Part shown: positions 57,850 through 64,000 of the stretch, one piece after another
How positions within the stretch are numbered: position 1 is the stretch's first letter
Layout: each line of letters starts with the position of its first letter
Virus record (IMG/VR): IMGVR_UViG_3300023097_000002
Coordinates: 1-64,000 of that record
Length of the DNA stretch: 64,000 nt
Direction: 5' to 3' (one strand)
Source of the DNA: an uncultured virus (IMG/VR IMGVR_UViG_3300023097_000002)
Taxonomy: Duplodnaviria > Heunggongvirae > Uroviricota > Caudoviricetes
The notes under the pieces: generated by a model
Told to the model about the DNA's origin: nothing
What the model saw: the letters and a program-made list of their open reading frames with translations, nothing else
The model's database searches: none
Program-made: the position numbers and the translations under genes

Positions 57850-59589
57850 CTATGAAGTTGATTCGTCTCGCAGTTCGTGGTCCGCGTAGGACATCGGTTC
57901 CGGCTGCTTCGGTGCGTCAGTTGAACGCGAATTTCCTGCCTTCAGCGGGGATGGGGCACCGGGTCCACCGGTTCCTTCGGTGCCACTTCCTTCTGAATTA
58001 CCGGGGGTTTCTGAGGAATTAGGCTCCTCCGTCTTCGGAGGTTCACCCTGTCCACTTCCGCCCGCAACATAGGGAAGATCCTCGACATCGGGCGCCTCGC
58101 GGTCGAAGTCCTGCCACTTGTCACCCCATGCGTCGACCACCATGGCCCGTGCCTCATCGGCGGAGAACAGTCCGAGCCGGATCGCCATGTCGAGCGCCTG
58201 GAGCCTGCGGTGCACCGGCTCCTCGGAGATCTCCGGCCAGCGCAGGCGGACCTTCAGACCCAGCGTCTTGAAGATCTCCTTGAACATCTCGTCCATGACC
58301 TTCTGCCGGGCCTGCATCACGAGAATCGTGGAAGTGTCCAGCGAGGTGGCAGCCGCGTTGTTCGCGATCGAGGGATCCTCCAGCAGGGCCGGAAGTGGAA
58401 CGTCGAGAGCTGCGGCGATCATGGCGGCGAGCGGGCGACCGGCGTCGAAGTCCACCTTCGTGTTGCCGCCGACGGCCGACAGATCCTGCCCGGCGCCCAG
58501 AACGGCCGAGGCTCCCACGTTCAGCGGCTGGCCGGTGGAAGGGTCGGTGCGCGGGGCCTGCGCCATCGCGGCGGCCGTACGGCGTACGGACCGAGAGCGG
58601 TCCGACGTGACCTTCCAGGCGAACCGTGCGTACGCCTTGGTCAGGGTGGCGCAGTTCTCCAGGTACTCCTTGTACGCCTTCGTCCACCAGACGGCAGGCA
58701 GCACGTCGGGGATTCCCCAGCGCCAGCCGGTGAGCCGGTTGAAGGGAACATGGACGAGCACCTTCGTGTGGTCGACCTTGTCGCCTGCGATCTGCGCGGC
58801 ACCCCGGTTGCGGCCGAGCGCCCGGATGCCAGCGGGTGTCGGGTACCAGACGTCCCGGAAGGAGAACCCGGCCCGGGTGGACCCGCCCGACACGCTGTCC
58901 CGGTCGGCCTTCATCCAGGTGCGCCCGCGCGCCGCCGCCTTCGGTGACGTGATCGGGTTCAGCTCGATGTTCGCCTCGAAGTCCAGCTCCAGATCCCAGT
59001 CGTTCCAGGTGCGCCGGATGTACAGCAGGCGTTCCCGGTTGCCGCGCTGGCTGACGCCTTCCGTGATCTCCTCGAACGGCACACGCAGGACTTCCTTGGT
59101 CCGGCGGTCCACCAGGAAGAAGAGATTCCCGTCGGTGCCGGAGGTCCGCTCCAGTTCGAGCTGGGCGAGTGTCCCGGTCAGCACCTCGTTGATTCCCTCG
59201 GGAAGCTCGGGCTCCAGGTTCACCGTCCTCGGACGGCCGGGTCCCTGGATGAACTCCTTCGGTACCACAGAGACCCCGGACCCCCACACGTAACCGGTGC
59301 GCACCCTCAGCCCCCGGCCGACGAGCGGATTCACGGTCGCCACGGCCCGGCACAGCTCGCTCGCGTGATGCAGGGCGTCGAGTGTGAAGGAGTTCGCGCT
59401 GTCGGAGAGGCCCATCAGCGGGCGCCACCCGATGTCCTCGATGGCGAGCTGGGCCCGGCCGAATTCACCGGCTTCCCGCATCTCGTCAGAGACCAGACCC
59501 ATCAGCTCCTCGTTGCGCGCTTCGAGGTTGCTCACGAAGGTCGTGATTTCCGTGTGAGACATCTCTTCGAGGGGCTTGGGCATCTGCAT
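57850..59589 (-). CDS. Portal protein
   Basis: NPLVGRG..R..YVWG.G, DGNLF and WGIPD motifs; between TerL and protease. Confidence 0.85.
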   Translation of the reverse strand: MQMPKPLEEMSHTEITTFVSNLEARNEELMGLVSDEMREAGEFGRAQLAIEDIGWRPLMGLSDSANSFTLDALHHASELCRAVATVNPLVGRGLRVRTGYVWGSGVSVVPKEFIQGPGRPRTVNLEPELPEGINEVLTGTLAQLELERTSGTDGNLFFLVDRRTKEVLRVPFEEITEGVSQRGNRERLLYIRRTWNDWDLELDFEANIELNPITSPKAAARGRTWMKADRDSVSGGSTRAGFSFRDVWYPTPAGIRALGRNRGAAQIAGDKVDHTKVLVHVPFNRLTGWRWGIPDVLPAVWWTKAYKEYLENCATLTKAYARFAWKVTSDRSRSVRRTAAAMAQAPRTDPSTGQPLNVGASAVLGAGQDLSAVGGNTKVDFDAGRPLAAMIAAALDVPLPALLEDPSIANNAAATSLDTSTILVMQARQKVMDEMFKEIFKTLGLKVRLRWPEISEEPVHRRLQALDMAIRLGLFSADEARAMVVDAWGDKWQDFDREAPDVEDLPYVAGGSGQGEPPKTEEPNSSETPGNSEGSGTEGTGGPGAPSPLKAGNSRSTDAPKQPEPMSYADHELRDESTS

Positions 59590-59598
59590 GCGATCACC

Positions 59599-59847
59599 TT
59601 AACTGCTCGATTGACCTGGCGACCTGCGTCTGGCGGAGGGGTTTCCCGGGGATTGGCGAACCTTTTCCACGAGGGAGATTGCATTGTCGCAGGAGTCCGC
59701 CAGCTTCTTCAGTGCGCTCGTTCTGATCGGTGAATCAGGGGCGGTCATAAGGAGGTTCGCCAGTTCGGCATACTTTCGGCCGACCGGTCCGGCGTGCTGA
59801 GATCTGGTGAGGATCCTCCGGCGAGCCGCTTCGGCGTGGTCGTACAT
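59599..59847 (-). CDS. Hypothetical protein
   Basis: TGATG coupling; YAELA.L....P.S..R..AL.KL. Confidence 0.5.
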   Translation of the reverse strand: MYDHAEAARRRILTRSQHAGPVGRKYAELANLLMTAPDSPIRTSALKKLADSCDNAISLVEKVRQSPGNPSARRRSPGQSSS

Positions 59848-60266
59848 CACACGGATCCGTTGCCGGGTACCGGATCCTCCGGTGCGATCCGCATGAAGAA
59901 CGGCAGCACGTAGAAGTGCCCGGGGTAGGAGACCTGCATGATCTGGCGGTTGTAGAGATCGATGAACTGCTGCTGCTGGGCTCCGGACAGATGCTGGTAG
60001 TAGAACTTCGCCTGAATCTGCGCGGAGCCGTCGGACTCCGAGCGCGGCGGGTGCAGGTACGCCTTGTAGTTCTTGTCGGTCGGTCCGACCGACCATCCCT
60101 CGGCGACCAGCTTCAGGAACTTGCCCGGGTGCAGTGATCCGCAGAACGAGCAGTACGGCACCGCCTCTCCGGCGCGGCGCGGCTCCTCGCGCCACTCGTC
60201 CTGGCCCTCTGATCTGTCCCAGGGACCCATCTCCCGCATCCGGCGCGGGCAGGTCTGGATGTCCAC
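59847..60266 (-). CDS. Hypothetical protein with CxxC motif
   Basis: CPRR...CSFCGSLHP...TDKNYKAY; RBS AAGGAGG. Confidence 0.65.
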   Translation of the reverse strand: MDIQTCPRRMREMGPWDRSEGQDEWREEPRRAGEAVPYCSFCGSLHPGKFLKLVAEGWSVGPTDKNYKAYLHPPRSESDGSAQIQAKFYYQHLSGAQQQQFIDLYNRQIMQVSYPGHFYVLPFFMRIAPEDPVPGNGSV

Positions 60267-60329
60267 TTGTCCTCCTTGAGTTCCATGCACATGGTGCTCC
60301 TGGAACTACAGCTCACTTTGAGGATTCCG

Positions 60330-62699
60330 TCAGTAGGGTGAGATCATTTCCTCCTCCCAGTAGTCGTTGTCCTCGATGAGGGAGCTGGCCATCGTCTCGG
60401 CCGTCTCGGTCAGAACATCACCCTGGCGAAGACCCTCGGCCACCGGGGCGACCGCGTACGCGATGGCGTCGGCGTAGTCGGGGGACTTGCCGTACTCCTT
60501 GCGCATCTCCTCCTTGGAGGCGATGAGCAGGCGGCCGTTCTTGATCGAGTAGAAGACCATCTTCAGGTCGTCGGCGATCAGCTCGTCAGGGTCGATGAAC
60601 TTCGCCGAGCCGTTGCGCATCTTCTGGCGAAGCTGCTCGAACCAGTAGGCACGGGCGTTGTAGAAGCCGTAGACCGAACCACCGACATCCGCCGGAGGGG
60701 CCGCCGATCCGTGCATCTCGTAGACGGTGAACCACGGATCCGGCAGCAGCGTCGCACGGGCGTTCAGGGTGTCGACGACACCGGCACCGAGACCAACGGC
60801 GTCGACCCGGATCTCCACCCAGGGCGCCTTGCGCTCCTCCTTCAGGCGTTCGGCGATCTGGAGTACCTTGTGGGCCGAGGACACCGTGTCGGTCCCTGAC
60901 CAGGATTCCTCGATCTGCGCGGTCACGCCGGAGTACGAAGCGACCACCGTCTTGTCAGCACCGAAGCGCGCGACGTCGACACCCAGGCGCAGCACCGAGT
61001 ACAGCGAAGGCTTCGGAGTCTCGTCGATCGCGTCGGCCACCAGCGACGGGGCGAACAGCGACGACATGCTCTGCTCGGGGAATTTGGCCAGCACCTTCGC
61101 GATGTAGCGCGGGTCCTTCTCGCCCCAGTCGTCGAGGCGTTCCTGCACCCAGTCACGTGAGACGAGGACTTCGTTCAGGAGCTTGGGCACCGGCTCGCCC
61201 GTGAAGTTCGGAGTGCTCGACGCGGGGATCGAGATCCGATTCCACAGGTGCGCGGTCTTCGACTCCATGAAGTTCTTGCCGAAGTCCGTGTTCCGGTCGT
61301 CGGGGTTCCCGATGGCCAGGATGCGGCAGCCGACGTTCGTGGTGATGGCCTCGACGCCGGTCCAGATCTCCTCGGGAATGCCGCACGCCTCATCCAGGAG
61401 GGCCAGTACGTACCGGCGGTGAATACCGTGGAAGGAGTGGCGGTCGCCCTTGGCGGGCTTTCGGCCGAAGCCGACGATCTGCCCGTCGCCCAGCTTCCAC
61501 TCATCCGCCTGCGTCACGCGGCCCGGCATCGGATACTCGCCACGCAAGGCGTTCGAGTGGTGCTTGCGGATCTCCTCCCAGAGGATCTTGTTGACCTGCG
61601 CGTAGGTCGGTGCGGTCGAGACGACGATCGCCTGGCCCGGGGGCTTCGTCGAGACCCACCAGCAGGCCAGCACCGAAGCGATCATCGAGTTGTGGGTGGG
61701 AATCCCGCGCTCGCCGCAGAGGTACAGGTGGTCGGGCGAGTCGACCTGGATGCACTGCACGTCCCGCTCACCCACCGGCTTCACGGAGGTGATGCGCCAG
61801 CCGTCATCACCCCAGGACCCTTGCGTCAGCAGCAGATGCGACAGGGCGATGGCCCGCTGGTTGGCATCCGGAAGAAGGGTCGGAGCGTGAGATCCCATCA
61901 GGGCCAGGTGCCGCATCGTGATGCCGTACTGCCGCTCGCGCCGGTAGATCGTCTGAACGCCCGCCTCGCGCATCCGGTCCCTGACCGAGAAGATCTCCTC
62001 CGGCTCACCCTGGCGCGTCTTCCAGAGCAGCGCGGTGCGCCCGTGGGGATCGAGTCCGCCGCGCTCGGCCAGCAGTGCCTGCATCGCTTCGTCGGCCGTC
62101 CACGCGAGTCCGCGCGGAATGATCTCCGGTGCCCGCCCGGGAACGACGACCGTGCCGGGCCGCAGCTTGGCGATCTGCTTGGTGGTCAGGGTCTTCGCCT
62201 TGTGCATCCACAACCCGGTCTCCACCGGTACGCCCGCCCGGTCGGACTTGAGCTGGATGTCGGCCAGGCCCTGAAGGTCGAGCACTGGCCACAGGTGATC
62301 GGCCGAGGCGATGATCTCCTCGCAGGCGCCGCCCCTCTCCAGACGGACGACGTAACTCTCGGCCTTGTGCTCGCCCGTGACGGCCACCACCTCGACCGGC
62401 GAGCCATCGGAGCCCAGCACCTTCATGCCCTCGGTGATCTCACCCATCCTCACCGGGCCCGACGGGGTGTGAACCAGTTCGTCCAGCCCGAGCGCCTTGC
62501 CGGTGCCGTGACAGGAGGCGACGACCGTGCGCTTGTTCCGGATGAGAGAGGAGCAGATTTCCTGCTGCTTGCTCCACAGGTGGACGCCGAGAACGTCCCT
62601 GGCCCACCCCACCGGATCGTTGACCCATCCGGCCTGCCGCGCCTGATTGCGGAAGTATGCCTCCGCCTCGGCGGCGATCCGCTCTTCGTGTGAGGACAT
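60330..62699 (-). CDS. terL: Terminase large subunit containing an intein
   Basis: SCHGTGK|S Walker A, LLDEACG Walker B, GNP, LGVDVARFG.D nuclease and SPDYADA motifs. Confidence 0.92.
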   Translation of the reverse strand: MSSHEERIAAEAEAYFRNQARQAGWVNDPVGWARDVLGVHLWSKQQEICSSLIRNKRTVVASCHGTGKALGLDELVHTPSGPVRMGEITEGMKVLGSDGSPVEVVAVTGEHKAESYVVRLERGGACEEIIASADHLWPVLDLQGLADIQLKSDRAGVPVETGLWMHKAKTLTTKQIAKLRPGTVVVPGRAPEIIPRGLAWTADEAMQALLAERGGLDPHGRTALLWKTRQGEPEEIFSVRDRMREAGVQTIYRRERQYGITMRHLALMGSHAPTLLPDANQRAIALSHLLLTQGSWGDDGWRITSVKPVGERDVQCIQVDSPDHLYLCGERGIPTHNSMIASVLACWWVSTKPPGQAIVVSTAPTYAQVNKILWEEIRKHHSNALRGEYPMPGRVTQADEWKLGDGQIVGFGRKPAKGDRHSFHGIHRRYVLALLDEACGIPEEIWTGVEAITTNVGCRILAIGNPDDRNTDFGKNFMESKTAHLWNRISIPASSTPNFTGEPVPKLLNEVLVSRDWVQERLDDWGEKDPRYIAKVLAKFPEQSMSSLFAPSLVADAIDETPKPSLYSVLRLGVDVARFGADKTVVASYSGVTAQIEESWSGTDTVSSAHKVLQIAERLKEERKAPWVEIRVDAVGLGAGVVDTLNARATLLPDPWFTVYEMHGSAAPPADVGGSVYGFYNARAYWFEQLRQKMRNGSAKFIDPDELIADDLKMVFYSIKNGRLLIASKEEMRKEYGKSPDYADAIAYAVAPVAEGLRQGDVLTETAETMASSLIEDNDYWEEEMISPY
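61689..62495 (-). mobile_element. Class 3-type intein (269 aa) in the TerL P-loop
   Basis: Begins ALGLDELVHTPSG; block B ADHLW; block F VQCIQV; ends THN before Ser. Confidence 0.9.
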
Positions 62700-62871
62700 G
62701 CCGTTCCTTTCTGCTGCGACGCGTACAGCATTCCTCACCGGGGAACATTTTCGGTAACCTTGTGATGCCCCACCCGCGCAGCACTGGGCAGCGCGGACTC
62801 CACTTCCTGGGGCTGAGACTCACGGGGACCCGGCCAACTGGCCGGGTCCCCTTCCTCATGGGGAGGCAAGG

Positions 62872-63039
62872 ATGGCTTCTGAACTGGGACGTGTGGCCTA
62901 TGAGGCATACGGAGAAAGCGTCGGCTGGACCACGTTCTCGGGCACTCGGATGCCCACATGGGAAGAGCAGAATGAACGGCTGAAGCAGGCATGGAACTCG
63001 GCCGCCGCAGCCGTGGAAGCGCGAGTGCGCGAAGAGTAG
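62872..63039 (+). CDS. 55-aa phage protein, absent from the ORF track
   Basis: MASELGRVAYEAY...MPTWEE...AWNSAAAAV; RBS GGAGG. Confidence 0.6.
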   Translation: MASELGRVAYEAYGESVGWTTFSGTRMPTWEEQNERLKQAWNSAAAAVEARVREE

Positions 63040-63108
63040 CGAGTTCCCTGAACTTCCCGCCCCCAATCGGACTTTCCTTTTGCGGCACTCTGTGTCATCC
63101 TCAAAAAC

Positions 63109-63480
63109 ATGAGGAATATGTACCCGAAACCATGTGGCGTCTGCCAGGGACGGGTGCCAGCCGGAGAGGGCAACGTCCAGGGGTCGCACGCATCCGGCTG
63201 GACCGTCACGCATGACGTCTGCCCGCGCGAATCGGTCCGTCACGGCCACGCCCAGGCGTACGCGCGCCGGGTGATGGGCGTGCTGCGCCGCAAGGAGTCC
63301 ACCGCCAACGACATCTCCGAGGCCCTGGCCGGTCTCGCCGCCCTCATGCGCACGGGATGGACCAGCCGTGAGGGGTGCGAGAAGGTCATCCTCCGGGCCC
63401 CGGCGTTCAGTGATCTGGATCGCCTGGAAGTCGAGGAGATCCTGAACCGGTCCCTCTCCGAGGAAGGAACGCGCTGCTAG
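63109..63480 (+). CDS. Hypothetical protein with N-terminal zinc-finger-like motif
   Basis: MRNMYPKPCGVC...V.AGEG...H..C. Confidence 0.6.
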   Translation: MRNMYPKPCGVCQGRVPAGEGNVQGSHASGWTVTHDVCPRESVRHGHAQAYARRVMGVLRRKESTANDISEALAGLAALMRTGWTSREGCEKVILRAPAFSDLDRLEVEEILNRSLSEEGTRC

Positions 63481-63668
63481 TCACGCAGCCCAAGAGCATC
63501 GAGAAGTTCAGAGAGGGCGGCCTTCTGGTCGCCCTCTTCTGCTTCTCCGCGCAGTGCGTACGACGCCATGTTCAGCATCGCTCGACGACGGCAGGGCTGG
63601 CACTGCCCGCAGGGTACGGCACCGCAGGTTCGGGGAATGGTGATCGTGCTGACCGGGGCGATATCCAT
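63477..63668 (-). CDS. Small Cys-rich protein
   Basis: CGAVPCGQCQPC...ELLDALGL. Confidence 0.55.
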   Translation of the reverse strand: MDIAPVSTITIPRTCGAVPCGQCQPCRRRAMLNMASYALRGEAEEGDQKAALSELLDALGLRD

Positions 63669-63689
63669 GGTTTCTCTCTTTCGTGGAAC

Positions 63690-63719
63690 TTGAATTTGGC
63701 CTAGGTCATGTGGTCTGAT
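63690..63719 (+). promoter_or_regulatory. Promoter-like site with operator GGCCTAGGTC (63698-63707)
   Basis: TTGAAT-18 nt-TCTGAT in a divergent intergenic region. Confidence 0.5.
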
Positions 63720-63760
63720 GGATACAGCACGTCCCCACTTCGGAGAGGAACCCCGAACAC

Positions 63761-64000
63761 ATGAACAAGACGAGCATCGCGGCCGGTGCCGCCGCCATCG
63801 CGCTGACCGGATCCCTCGCCCTCGCGGGCACCGCCTCTGCCGACTCCTGCAAGCCCGGCCAGGTGCAGACCGCCTACGGCTGCGGCGACGTGACCGGCGA
63901 GATCAAGGGCGAGCAGGGCAAGTCCACCGGCATCACCTCCTTCGTCACCCCGGCCGTCGGCGTGGACTTCCGCGACGAGAACGGCAACAAGACGGGCTCC
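63761..64000 (+). CDS. Secreted protein, 3' end outside the window
   Basis: MNKTSIAAGAAAIALTGSLALAGTASA-D signal peptide; RBS GGAGAGG. Confidence 0.7.
   Translation, partial: MNKTSIAAGAAAIALTGSLALAGTASADSCKPGQVQTAYGCGDVTGEIKGEQGKSTGITSFVTPAVGVDFRDENGNKTGS

Larger units (their letters stand above)
1..64000. mobile_element. Part of a Streptomyces-type phage-plasmid (siphovirus genes plus plasmid spread/transfer genes)
   Basis: Head/tail gene set and phage replisome co-occur with SpdB-like and GntR/TraR-like genes; no host housekeeping genes in the window. Confidence 0.8.

Overview
High-GC actinobacterial DNA, most consistent with a Streptomyces mobile element. It looks like part of a conjugative phage-plasmid (plasmid-prophage). 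Left (1-10 kb): a plasmid spread/transfer-type module with an SpdB-like membrane protein, a GntR/UTRA (TraR/KorA-type) regulator, membrane proteins, a secreted lytic transglycosylase and an NlpC/P60 lipoprotein. Middle (10-28.7 kb, + strand): a phage early/replication arm with small DNA-binding proteins, a UvrD-like helicase, a DEDDh nuclease, a HAD protein, a glycosyltransferase, a Cas4-like nuclease, a RecT-like annealase, a primase-helicase, a family A polymerase and a RuvC-like resolvase. Right (28.6-62.7 kb, - strand): a siphovirus morphogenesis arm running from an intein-containing TerL through portal, protease/scaffold, capsid, head-tail genes, two glycosyltransferases, tail tube, a frameshifted chaperone, tape measure and tail tip. 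An ~8.4 kb opposite-strand block, starting with an origin-like non-coding region, splits this arm. No integrase, TraB/FtsK, TerS, endolysin/holin, tRNA or CRISPR array was recognised in the window. Top leads: (1) a stand-alone 73-aa protein made of two amyloid-signalling-like repeats behind a strong promoter, a possible decoy against NLR/amyloid defence; (2) probable virion glycosylation, with glycosyltransferases inside the head-tail operon and C-terminal Ser on capsid and tail-tube proteins; (3) a GGCCTAGG(C/T)C operator in or near several promoter spacers. All product calls come from motif recognition by eye; no database searches were run.
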